In this document: piece after piece, positions 24,486-36,515 of the stretch
Layout: each line of letters starts with the position of its first letter
Numbering within the stretch: position 1 is the stretch's first letter
Assembly (NCBI GenBank): GCA_951406725.2
Contig: OX597823.1
Coordinates: 50,220,001-50,284,000, forward strand
Source of the DNA: Octopus vulgaris
Taxonomy: Eukaryota
Length of the DNA: 64,000 nt
Direction: 5' to 3'
The notes under the pieces: generated by a model
The model's database searches: none
What the model was told of the DNA's origin: nothing
Seen by the model: only the letters and a program-made list of their open reading frames with translations
Translations under genes and position numbers: made by a program

Positions 24486-24891
24486 AATTCGATAAAAGAC
24501 ATACTCCAGGTATAAGGGGCGAAACGAGGCTTATGGGGTCCAAGCTGAACTCGTCTCCCCACTCCATTTGTATTGTCTTGTGTTGTTGTCCTATCATCCG
24601 ATTTTATATTTATTGTCCCATTTTATATGTTGTTCTCATTTGTGTGTCTGACTTCAAATCATATTGTGTTATCCCCTCTATGTTAGACCCTCGTGGGCAA
24701 AAAAAGAAAAGAAAATCAATTAGCTCACTTTCTCCATCAACCCTGAAAAGATGAAAGGCAAAGTCGACCTCGGCGAAATTTGAGCTCAGAACAAAGACGG
24801 ACGAAATGCTGCTGTTTTACCCTGCGTGCTAACGACTCTGCCATCTTGCCGCCTTAGTTTATTTGAAAATAACGTCAACGAGAATTGCTTC

Positions 24892-24892
<1 letters not shown>

Positions 24893-24970
<78 letters not shown>
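24893..24970. repeat. (TC)n microsatellite
   Basis: Direct tandem repeat. Confidence 0.98.
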
Positions 24971-24972
<2 letters not shown>

Positions 24973-25574
24973 GAGGAGATAGTTTTTGTTATGTAGAGAG
25001 GAGATATCCTGTACTTCTTACATCCCGTCACCATACCACCTTTCCTCTGAATGTATCTTCTCTAATTTGATACATAAAATGAACATTTTAATTTTTATAG
25101 TAAAATTCTAACAAATACTTTTTCGCCATCACTAATTTAATTCTATTATAATTTAATTTATCGATTGATTAATCATATAACAAAAAAATTTACTGCTTGT
25201 TGCTTAAAGATTTTAAAATCGATATTTGATTTTATAGTAAAAAAAAATTGTAAAAGCTGAAAATCAACGGTCATGTTAGAGGTCGTTGAGGAACCAATGA
25301 CGGAGTGCTATAGTCATTTCTACATTGTTACGCTGTATCTCACAATGATCACTACAGCATTGAATGCATTAAGAATTTTATGGATTAACTCTAACTAGCA
25401 GCAACAACCCAGTGATAATACTTGATCATAAAAAATATTTATGTATTATACCAGAATTGTTTGCTTTTAAAAGACCCAATAAACGCTGATGTTGAAACGC
25501 TTTCATTCTTTAATCACATGCTTCAGTGTACGTAATTATAATATCCAGTCTTCATAACCAATTACTAAACAATG

Positions 25575-25785
25575 ATTTCAAATTTTGGCAAAGGCAAGCA
25601 ATTTTGGGGGATGGGGTAAGTCGATTACACCATCCCTCAGTTCTCAACTGGTACTTATTTTATCGACCCCGAAAGGATAAAAGGCAAAGCCCACCTCCGG
25701 AATTTGAATTCAGAATGTGAAGACAGACGAAGTGCTGCTAAGCATTTTATTCGGCATACTACCGACTCTGCCAACTCGCTGCCTT
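25575..25785 (-). mobile_element. SINE family B (older tail)
   Basis: Reverse complement of the family B consensus with the ttggcaaaggc...aattttgggg tail. Confidence 0.82.
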
Positions 25786-25829
25786 CCAATCACGAAATAA
25801 TCCTCTCTACTGTCATCGTGCTGTCATCT

Positions 25830-26590
25830 GCCTGTTGGCTCTCCTCCTGCAACTCAACTTGATTTCGAGCCGGGTCGTCTGCTGCTGGAGAGGACCGATC
25901 AGGTAAAGGACCTTGGTATCTTGGTGGATTCCTCCTTTTCGCCTTCGGCCCAGTGCGTCCATGCTGCCAACAAAGCACGCGGAATTCTGTTCTTGATTCG
26001 ACGGTCATTCGGAATGCTCACAGCAGCCATATTCCTACCACTCTATGTCACGCTGGTGAGACCCATATTGGAGTACAGGATTCAAGCCTCTTCTCCTTAT
26101 CTCCTCAAAGACATACAGCATCTCGAAAGAGTCCAGAAGCTGGCTACCCGCATGGTTCATGGTCTCAAAAATTTGTCCTATGAAGAAAGGCTGAGGACGC
26201 TCGACCTTTATTCTCTTGAAAAACGCCGCCGCCGTGGTGATCTCATTCTCGCCCACAACATCATAAGCGGAAAGTGTAACCTCTCGAAAGAGCTGTTCTT
26301 CACTCCTGCTCCAGAGCGTCGGCTGCGGGGTCATTCCGAAAAGCTCTACCTGCGACGATTTCATCTCAATCGAAGGAGAGGAGCTTTCTCCGTCCGGGTT
26401 GCGGATCCGTGGAACAAGCTGCCAGACGAGATGGTGAAGATGCTGACGACCGCTTTGTTCAAAGCCTCCCTTGACCTCAAGTGGCCTGAACTCTTTACAT
26501 GAACACCACCCTGTACTTAACTCCATGTCCCCCTACATGGCCTTGCTATTTTGCTTTTGAGCCAAATTAACTAACTAACTAACTAACTAA
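25830..26590 (+). mobile_element. 5'-truncated, young CR1-type LINE (RT thumb/C-terminus, open through 26502) with a (CTAA)n tail, inserted in a SINE B tail
   Basis: VKDLGILVDSSFSPSAQCVHAANKARGIL..IRRSF..LYVTLVRPILEY..LERVQKLATRMV..LSYEERLRTLDLYSLEKRRRRGDLI..RGH..FSVRVADPWNKLP is typical of CR1; the reading frame is uninterrupted; tandem tail at 26568-26590. Confidence 0.93.
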
Positions 26591-26797
26591 AGATACAAGG
26601 CCTGAAATTTGTGGGAAGGGGTAAGTCGATTACATCGCCCCCAGTTCTCAACTGGTACTTATTTTGTCGACCCCGAAAGGATGAAAGGCAAAGCCGACCT
26701 CAACGGAATTTGAAGTGATAACGTAAAGACGGACGAAATGCCGCTAAGCATTTTGCCCGGCGTGCTACCGCTATCGACTTTGCCAGCTCGCCGCCTT
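26591..26797 (-). mobile_element. SINE family B (older tail)
   Basis: Reverse complement of the family B consensus. Confidence 0.85.
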
Positions 26798-27178
26798 CCA
26801 ATTACTAAATAATGATAGCTAGTAACCAAAAGCACGTTCATTCCATAGACTGTGAGCCTTTGGCTTCATAGTAAATACGGTTCACCCTACAGAGCAGGAG
26901 GGACAGTTTACCTGGACGCAAAATTTCATCAAGCAGGATACTTAACGCGTCGGACAAAATGCTTAAGGAAATTTCTTCCGGCTCTTTACATTCTGAAATC
27001 AAGTCCCGCCGAGATCGATTTTGCCTTTCATCATTTCGGAGTCGTTAAAATGAAGTATCAGTCAAGTTCTGGCTTCGATGGAATCGAATACTTCCTCTTC
27101 CTCCAAAAATGGCTGGTCTTGTGCCAAAATTTAAAACTATTAGTGATACTCCTCACTCGGATATTAATACAACTAAAT

Positions 27179-27516
27179 GAGACCCCCTTCGGTCATGACA
27201 GTGACCATGGGATTGCACCTAGAAAGTTACCCTCAAAGGAACAAGTCCGGCCAAATTTGTTTATGGAACACCAGCAGTCGCCCATGCATACCGGCCTCCC
27301 CTCTCAAAGCCACGCCACCAGTGTTATCCAAGGGCAAGGGCCGACACAGCTTGGCACATGTGACGTGGCAACTCGTTTCTACAGCTGAGTAAACTGGAGC
27401 AACGTGAAATAAAGTGTTTTGCTCAAGAGCACAACACGCAGCCCGGTCCGGGATTCGAGCTCACAACCTCTCGATCGTAAGCTCAATGCTCTAACTACTG
27501 AGCCATGCGTCTTCAC
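27179..27516 (-). mobile_element. SINE family C, tail type 1
   Basis: Full length; 13-bp TSD aatacaactaaat (27166-27178 and 27517-27529). Confidence 0.92.
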
Positions 27517-27627
27517 AATACAACTAAATACGAGATAGTAATATATTATTTGCGCGCACAGAGCCGGTCATGGTTTCAGCCTCTTTGTTTTTTTAAATGT
27601 CTCCCTTGAAGAGGTTAAGACCGTAGG

Positions 27628-27695
<68 letters not shown>

Positions 27696-27696
<1 letters not shown>

Positions 27697-28506
27697 GTTT
27701 AAATATTTGTTGTGCAAGATTTTTTATGTGAAGTCGTGTGTTGAAACAGATATTGTTATATTTCGGAATGGTCATATTGCCAGTTTAGCCAATAAAAACA
27801 CACGCACTATATATTTGGTGTTATTTTGCTTCAGTGATATTTATTTTTTACATTAATCTTAATCTTATTTCGGCCAAAGTTCTTTCGTCACACTCCTGTG
27901 ACCGCATCAGTGGTCCTTTGTTTTCTTCTCACTTACTTGTGTCTCTCCTTACTAACCGTCAGCCATTTTGTATTTCTATTGTATGTCTTCATTTGCGCAT
28001 GCTTATATCTCTATGTGCGTCTATGTTTATTTAGATTTATTATTATTATTACTAATATTGTTGTTATACATACATACAAGCATATGTAATGATAATAATG
28101 GGTGGATGTAAACACATGAATAAAATTAGAACAAAAGCAACAACAACAAAAACAAAATACAAATTACAAGAATGTATATAACCAGAAGATACAAATATTA
28201 CAGGCATCCCCCCCCCACACACTAAATAAACATAGACGCACATAGAGATATAAGCATGCGCAAATGAAGACATACAATAGAAATACAAAATGGCTGACGG
28301 TTAGTAAGGAGAGACACAAGTAAGTGAGAAGAAAACAAAGGACCACTGATGCGGTCACAGGAGTGTGACGAAAGAACTTTGGCCGAAATAAGATTAAGAT
28401 TAATGTAAAAAATAAATATCACTGAAGCAAAATAACACCAAATATATAGTGCGTGTGTTTTTATTGGCTAAACTGGCAATATGACCATTCCGAAATATAA
28501 CAATAT
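27696..28506. mobile_element. Inverted Penelope-like pLTR pair inserted in a (TA)n tract
   Basis: 285-bp arms at 27750-28034 and 28222-28506 are reverse complements; the ORF track shows identical 66-aa translations on both strands. There is a 187-bp spacer, one arm has a ~55-bp extension, and (TA)n flanks both sides. The repeat itself is certain; the Penelope assignment is inferred. Confidence 0.72.
28340..28384 (+). ncRNA. Candidate minimal type I hammerhead ribozyme with a variant core (mirror copy at 27872-27916, minus)
   Basis: GGACCA-CUGAUG-CG-GUCACA(GGAG)UGUGAC-GAA-AG(AA)CU-U-UGGCC: stems I, II and a short III can pair, but canonical A9 is replaced by CG. Confidence 0.5.
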
Positions 28507-28739
28507 ATATATATATATATAACATAATTTCACTAACCAAATTAATAAATGGGGGAGCTCCCATATTACAAATACATAACAAAAACATCAATAAACTCAT
28601 TTCGGACAAAAGCTTCTTAGCACCATTTTTTTTTTTTTTTTTTTTGGTTCTATACATTCTGAGTTCAAACACCGCCATTTTAGTGTAAGAGAAATTCAAC
28701 AACAAAACTACAACCAAATGTATTATTCATATTTTTAAC

Positions 28740-29200
28740 TTAGTCTTACACTTGATTTTCCTGAACTTATACATTTTGAAGAAATCGTTTATCATCTCTC
28801 AGTTGACTGCAAAAATGTCTTCAGGGACCAGAAATGCATTTTAGAGAAACTGCTGATTTTGATTCTTCAGAAGATAAATTGGTAGAATTACAGAAAGTTT
28901 TGTCACAAGCACTGAAAATGAATAAGAATCGATGAGAAAGAACAATTCTTCGTTGATAAATACATGGTAAAAATGCAGCTGATGCTGAATTGAGTGCCGA
29001 AGAGGAAATTTATCGCATCTTAAAGAATATTATTGATCCCTAGGTTCGAAAGATAACCGGAAGATTTTTCCGCTTACATAACTTACATTAACGGTTTGAA
29101 TTTTTATACAAAATGAGAAAAATATTGTTTCTTGTGGGGTTTGAAGACGGAAATTTGCATCAGAAATATGAATTAAAGAGTCATTCATCTGATATTAGGG
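28740..29200 (+). mobile_element. Decayed hAT-type transposase fragment
   Basis: GKNAADAELSAEEEIYRILKNIID..ITGRFFRLHNLH..RFEFL resembles the region before the hATC domain in ZMYM1-like hAT transposases. Confidence 0.5.
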
Positions 29201-32200
29201 TAAAGGACAAAGGATATGAATGACCTTGGGATTGCATCTAGAAAGTTACCATTCAAGGCACAAGTCCGGGCAAGGTTGTCTGTGGAAGATCAGTAGTCAC
29301 CCATGCTTACCAGCCTCCTCTCTCCAAGGGATATTAATGAGTCAAGGTAAATTAAAACGTGTAGACTGTTGATATGATAATGAATATAGAGCGATTTTCC
29401 GAGGATAAGCGCTACAACAGATTTAAAAACATTCATAATTTCATATTTTTATCTTTTACTTATTTTAGTCAATGGACAGCAGCCATCCTGGAGTACCATC
29501 TTGAGGGGTTTTAGTCGAACAAATCGACTTCAATACTTGTTTTTGAGTTTGGTGCTTATTCTATCGGCTCTCTTCTCGAATCGTTAAGTTACTAAGACAT
29601 AAACAAAACAGTACCGGTTGTCAAGTGATGGTGGGGTGCAAACAAAGACACAAAGATACACACACACATACGTGTGTGTATACGATGGGCTTCTGTTTTA
29701 ACAGTTTTAACATAAAGTTTTAACATAAAGCAAGTAGAATATTTGGGTCAAATACGGTCAGTTTAAATGCTAAAGGGTTAAAGTCAAGCTTAAGGCCCGT
29801 CTAAAGTAGATTGGAAGAAAATGCCAACAACACAGATGTAGATTGATCAGTGGAGTCACTAATCGAATTGATTCTGTTCGAAAGAAGATTATATATACGG
29901 AGATCAGCTTGAAAGTTCTGACTTCAAGACTTGTGGGAAAACCTCAACGTGGTCGGACGATTTGCTAGAAATAGCATCCAAATATTCCTTAAATCACTCC
30001 CCGCCTTCTTTAGAAAAAGAACACAATGGATGATATAATCTTGTGTGTGTGTGTGTGTGTGTGTGTGAATTTGTGCGTGCACGCGTAATATTAAAATTTT
30101 TTCTTAACAATTCCTTTTGCTATGATGCAAAGTATCAGCATTAAACATACTATTTGGAATAAACTTCTTTAAAGTTACAGAATAACAATCTAAAATTGTT
30201 AGCAAGGATTCTTATATCGTTAACATTTTTCTTAACGAATTTCAGAAATATTACATAATCATAAGAATTATTCTGGAGATTATGGTAAGCTGTCAGTAAA
30301 GTGAGATCGAAACCATGATTACCCCCACCACTAATATCATGAGAAAGGCATCAAGCCCATATCTTCCCTATTTCTCTGAAATAATATTTCATGCTTCATG
30401 GCTTTATAAGAAATTGTTTATGTTTTGATTCAGTGTTTATATTTTGATTTAGCGCCGAGATGATTTGTATAATAGTTTTAATGGCTGTTATAATAGCCTC
30501 ACTTTAATAAATTCGTATATATTTATTCAATAATTGGTGGTTTTATCGAAGATCATTCATTCTATAGCTCTGTTTTTACTTTATTAACGATTCTACGTTG
30601 TTCTAACGCGGTCTAATGTGTACAAGTTCGCATTAATGATGGTGATGTTGAAACAATGATAAGATATACTAATGAGGAGTGAAGTGTGTTTAGATAACTT
30701 ACATTAGTATGGAGCTCAAGAACTACATAGTGAAGGGAACTTGTGGTTGCTTTCAGGGAAACACTTGTTAAAATAGAAACTCTAAACAAGATTTATTACA
30801 AAACCACAAAGCATGAACATTTAGTTTGGATTTGAGAGAAAGTGGGAAGATTCTAACCGCTAAAATAAATATTTTCTCGTTAAATAACAACACAACTCAG
30901 TGTGGATTTTAACAAACGTTTCCTTAAAGCAATCAGAAGTTCCTCTTCTCAAGAGAGTTCTAAGTTCTAATGCCAGTATAAAATATCTAAATATATTTCA
31001 CCTCCTGCTGACCTATATGATTATTGATACTCTCAACTACTTGAGAACTCAGTGCTACAAAGACTTGAAACGTGTGATTGTTTAGTGTCAACATTCGGTT
31101 AAATATACACTCACATCGTGTTGTAAATCATTAGTAAAGATTAGCTTTTATGGTGAGATCCGGTGATGTGAGCTAACATTAACTTAAAATTCCTTAAATT
31201 GGAACTAATTTACTTTAGACAATGAAATGAAACTCGAAATGGAGACCAGCGATAATTACATGATAGCTATATTTCTTAATGAATTTGAAGAATAACATCT
31301 GAACTAGCACTACTTAGTTTTAAATGAATTTTTTTTTTAATGTATATATTTTTAAGTCGATTGGCATAATAGTTTTAATAGATGCTCTAATATTTTAGGG
31401 CAAGCAAAATTTTAGAATATATTTTGGATTGCTGAAGACATGAAGAGTAAGAGAAAGTGTTTGAGATCGAAAGAAAAATGTGGGAGGAAAAATGAAAATT
31501 AATGTTAAATAAAAAAATCAGAACTCTGTTCTCTTAGGAATAGAAACGTACGGATTTGTATGATGCGATTTGATGTGAGATTAGGATTTTTGGTGAGGCT
31601 GCGTGTTGTTTCCATATTAAACCAAGTCACCATATTAACTTTACAATGAATCTGTTGTTGTTTGTCTTGACTACCATTTCTAGCGTCGAAAGTCTTGAAT
31701 TGTCGCTTGAAAAGTGTGCCAATGTTACTGAAATGAGTTGTAATTAGTTGTGTATAATAATTAGGCAACACCGAGCAAGAATTTGGACAAGATTTATTGT
31801 ATCGCATTAATTATGAAAAGCCGTTCATGCATTACAAATACATATATCGAAATAGCAGGATGAAAATATTGTAATGTAACATGCAAAGAAAATGTCTATT
31901 CAGCTGGTTTAAACATAATGCATATGCAGGTATGATGTCATGGCTGCCTTGCAATCGCATATAATCATTAGAATGACTGGCAAAGGATTGTGTTGGTAAC
32001 GTGCTCAAGAATACACAAAAGCTTGCGAGAGTGGAGAACGTCGTGCCCACTCGGACGTCTGCGAAGGACGGCAAAAATCAACTTTATCTATAGTCTGTGC
32101 TCATGAAAGTTTATTGCTTCTTGGGCACGAAATAAATTCGTACAATTCACGAGTGATGAATTTGAATTCCGAAGTAAATCAATTTAATACGCCGTTCGCT

Positions 32201-33082
32201 TCATTCAGTATGTCCTGACCAATGTACGACTGATCTCGAGGGATGATTCTCGGATCTCAAAGCAGTCCAAGAATGTTTGGAAGCCAAACGAGAGAATGTG
32301 GCAAAGATGACTGACATATTGAGTCTAATTCATCCTCATCCAGCAGTTTTTCTGTTCAAGAATTGCATCGCTCTACCGAAATCCCTCTTTTTGCTGCGCA
32401 GTATACCACGCAACCTCCAAACAAGGCGCCTGGACGTAGTCGCCACCATAATTCTTCCATATTTTGAATTCATCTCGGCCTCTGCTCAACGTCTGACTTG
32501 GCACTGCTGGCCCACCTTTCCTCCATTGCCTCCAACCGTGCACTCAGCTGTATTAGAGATACAACAGTATCTCTGTAACACACCAGACCACATATCCACT
32601 AATACAAAAAAGTACTACCTCCCAGAAACAGAAGTGAGATAATATGAAATGAAGATGCATCAGCATGAGAATCCAGTTATCCCCTCTACTAACACCGTCT
32701 CGCTTGCTTCCACACTGCCTGGAACCAAACAATGGTACTTAACTCAACCCGGCACCCACGTATGTGAGTTACCTACGTATATCGCTGTGGAGCTACTATT
32801 GGTGAATTCAGACTGCATCTGTTCTGTTGTCACAGCCCAAGAAGATTCTCTCCCCGCTCCCTACTGAACGATGTTGTAGGAGACGCAACATTACCAGTTC
32901 CTCTTCACAAATGAAGCTTATTGGCCTTGATCTTTTTTTTTTTTTACCGTTTGAAGGATGTAAATCATTCATCTGTGATGTCACGCGTTGTGACACATTC
33001 TTCAGAGTCAACGTTTTTGTATTGCTCATAAACCGCAGAACCGTTTTCCAACCCGCAACGAAGTGGTGCGGAAAATTACATA

Positions 33083-33595
33083 CCGTAAATCCTCGAGTAT
33101 AGTCCGCCCTTGAGTATAATATGCAGGGGATTTTTAGGGAGCTGTACCTCTGAAAAACCTAAACCTTGTGTATAATACGCACCCCTTCTCTAATTTGAGT
33201 CAAGGAAGTCTATATAACGTCCTTGGTTTGTAAAAATGTATACGGTAACGTCCTTTATTATTATCGTATATATAACATAATGCAAACGTGTAGCTTTTTT
33301 GTGCATTTTGTTTGCAGAAAATAAAGAAATAACAGTAATAACGTTTAATAAATGTTGCTTACTGCAAGTTATGGAAGATTCTTTTATGACTTCATTGCTT
33401 TCAGGCTTAGCTGAATGTATTTTCGCGCCCGACATCACAAAATGCGTCTGAATAAACATTGCCGGGCAGCAAATAGAGACTCGGACATTGCTTAGAAAAT
33501 AATTTTCATTTTTAACTTCGTATATAGTACCCACTAGGGATTTTGACCTTTAAATTTATGGGGAAAAATTTCGGATTATACTCGAGGATTTACGG
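33083..33595. mobile_element. Tc1/mariner-superfamily (pogo-like) MITE
   Basis: TIR CCGTAAATCCTCGAGTATA at both ends, flanked by a TA duplication. Confidence 0.9.
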
Positions 33596-33787
33596 TAATA
33601 ATATTTAACAGGCAGTCTTTTTCCCGACGGTCACGGTTGAGGCCATTGTTCTCCTCCCTCTGCTTAATTGATGCTTTCCTTCGTTAAACTGTGATGTAAG
33701 CATCACAACTCACACACGCGCGTGCAAACACATATGAAGTCTTGAGATAGAAATGGCTGATGCAGTAGATTTTGCTAGCTGTTCTTC

Positions 33788-33900
<113 letters not shown>

Positions 33901-35329
33901 CGACGTGTGAGTGAACATGTATTTTTGAGAAATGCACTGCTTGAAGAGAAAAAAATTGGAAAATATTATTTGAATCTTGGATCAAAATACCTGAGAATAT
34001 TTTAAACTTATAAGTAACTAAAAACGTGACTATGATTCACCTTCACCAATAATAATGTCTTCAGGCGGTACTCACAACTTCCTTTTTACTCTGAGATACA
34101 TTTTCAGACTCTTTATATTTATATATTTTCTAAAAATCGCTTTTTATTATTTGTTTTTTAATATTTAGTGCTGATTGAATTGATAAACTCTTTTTACTAG
34201 ATACTATAACAATTTCGGTTAAACAGCATTTTAAAATATGATAATTTGGAAATTTCTCCAGGTATATGCTTTTCGAATTTTCTTTAGAAATTTTTTCTTC
34301 CTTTAAATATTATATTCGTTGATGATTTTTTTTCTCTTTCCTGAGTCTATTCTATTGCTATACTTTCCCATATCAATGACTACATGTTGTCTATAGTCAA
34401 ACTGTTGTATGCTGTATTGGTGGTGGTAGTAAGTATGCTGAAGCAGCCAATACTTAATACTTAAATATGCCAATGAGAAGAAAGATGTATTGAGACAGTT
34501 TACATTAGAAGATAACATAGACTTGTCTATAAGAAAGTGGAACTGCCGATGTTTTAATTCTAAAGTCAAATCAAGATTTTTTTATAGAAGCATGAAGCAT
34601 TAAAGTCTTTAGCTCAGCATAAAAGTGAAGTTATATCTTTCATGCATATTTGAAGGTATTCGCAGCGTGGATGAAGAATATCGCGATCTTAGCTTGCTAA
34701 TAGTTTTTTTTGTATTCTTCAGCGTTTGGTCTCAGATTCGAATAATATATAAATTCGTTGAGGAAAATAAATACGGGGGTCTGACCGTCAGCTACCAGTT
34801 TGTGCCGGTCGCCGTCGAGACGTCAGGTGTTCTCGGACTCCGTACTACCGATTTCCTCCGCAAAATCGGGTTAACGGCGTCCCTTCCGAGAAATGAGCCC
34901 CGAGAGCTGGAAAGGCTGCTGCAGCGAGTATTGCTGATAATTCTCCGCGGCAACGCTATCACGGTCATTATCACGGGGCACGGCTGGGTATTCCATGTGT
35001 TCTGGTGCATGTGGCCTATCGCCCCCTCTCATTCCTTCTTATTCTGCTTTGCCACTCCTTTTTTTTCTTTACATTTCTTTTCATTTCTTGTTTATCTCTT
35101 TTTACCTGTTTCTTTGTATTTTTCATGAATTATTTCTGGAATAAATGAAAATTAACCCTGAAGAAAAATAATAAATTATGATGTTCAGTATTAAGTGATG
35201 TCATCGCACATCCTTGAATCTGAATGCTAGAAGATAAACCTTTCACAGAATGTCAGTGAACTGTAAACAAACGTTTTGTTAACTTGTGTTTAGAGTTAAT
35301 CTGCGGTGAAGACAAATATTAATTAAATG

Positions 35330-35995
35330 AGGCGGAGGCGTGACTGTGTGGTAAGAACCTTGATTCACCACTAAATGTTTCCGGATTCAGTCCCACTGCA
35401 TGGTACCTTGGGCAAGTGTCTTCTGCTATAGCCTCAGGTCAACCGAAGCCTCGTGAGTGGATTTGGTTGACAGAAACTGAAAGAAACGTCTGACTTGGCA
35501 CTGCTGGCCCACCTTTCCTCCATTGCCTCCAACCGTGCACTCAGCTGTATTAGAGATACAACAGTATCTCTGTAACACACCAGACCACATATCCACTAAT
35601 ACAAAAAAGTACTACCTCCCAGAAACAGAAGTGAGATAATATGAAATGAAGATGCATCAGCATGAGAATCCAGTTATCCCCTCTACTAACACCGTCTCGC
35701 TTGCTTCCACACTGCCTGGAACCAAACAATGGTACTTAACTCAACCCGGCACCCACGTATATATATAGATATATATGTGTGTGTGTATGTGTGTGTGTGT
35801 ATCCCACCATCGCTTGACTACCGGTGTTGGAATGTTTACGTCCCCGTAACTTAGCGGTTCGGCAAAACAGACCGATAGAGTAAGTACCAGACATAACAAA
35901 AAATTAAGTACTGGGGTCGATTCATTCGACTAAAAATTCGTGAAAGCGGTGATCCAGCATGGCTGTAGTCTAATGACTGAAACAAGTAGAAGATG
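35330..35995 (+). mobile_element. SINE family A carrying a 276-bp templated insertion
   Basis: Head 35330-35484 and body 35761-35995 match family A; the insert is a copy of 32488-32763. Confidence 0.88.
35485..35760 (+). repeat. Direct duplication of 32488-32763
   Basis: Identical by eye over 276 bp (aacgtctgacttggcac...ggcacccacgtat). Confidence 0.95.
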
Positions 35996-36129
35996 AATGG
36001 AAATTGTCTAACATAAACAATTGTAAAATATCTGCATTGATTTCCGATCCTAAATAATTAACAATGATGTTTATTTTAGGGATTAGGGACGCCAGTCTTT
36101 TCAGTTTTGGTTCGAAACATTATCCCCTT

Positions 36130-36515
36130 TCATCTTTTACTTGTTTCAGTTATTGGACTGCGGCCATGGTGTGACACAGCCTTGAAGGGTTTTTAGTCGA
36201 ACAAATCAACCACAGTACTTATTCTCTTAAAGCCTGGTACTTACATTATCTGTATCTTTTGCCGAATCACTAAGTAACGGTGACGTAAACAAACTAGCAC
36301 CGGATGTCAGCGGTAGTTAGACACACACACACACACACACACACATACACATGACGGGCTTCTTTTCAGGTTCCGTCGAGCAAATTCACTTATTAGGATT
36401 TGGCCGGCCAGAGGCTTTAGTAGAAGACACTTACCCAAGGTACCACACGGTGGAATTGAACCCAGAACCCCGGAACCATGTAATTGCGGATCAAACTTCT
36501 TATCACACAACCGCT
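36130..36515 (-). mobile_element. SINE family A
   Basis: Reverse complement of the family A tail, body and head with internal (CA)n. Confidence 0.85.

Larger units (their letters stand above)
20590..24718 (+). mobile_element. Near-full-length but inactivated Tx1/L1-clade LINE (ORF1 plus APE-RT ORF2) with an internal deletion
   Basis: 16-bp TSD attagctcact(c/t)tctc (20574-20589 and 24719-24734); A-rich 3' end; ORF1 CCHC knuckle; APE, RT and zf-RVT motifs in order. Confidence 0.92.

Noticed and set aside
25921-26502. Intact 193-aa ORF as a host or domesticated gene
   Set aside because: It is the C-terminus of a 5'-truncated CR1 with a tandem tail; openness is best explained by young age.
30570-31600. 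Coding-like segments sharing short words (ctaaccgctaaaata) with 60040-60150
   Set aside because: Probably ancient retroelement relics, but too decayed to assign or to call a gene.
34625-35128. 167-aa ORF with hydrophobic ends as a membrane protein
   Set aside because: The core is the CRE endonuclease end; the hydrophobic parts come from T-rich flanks.
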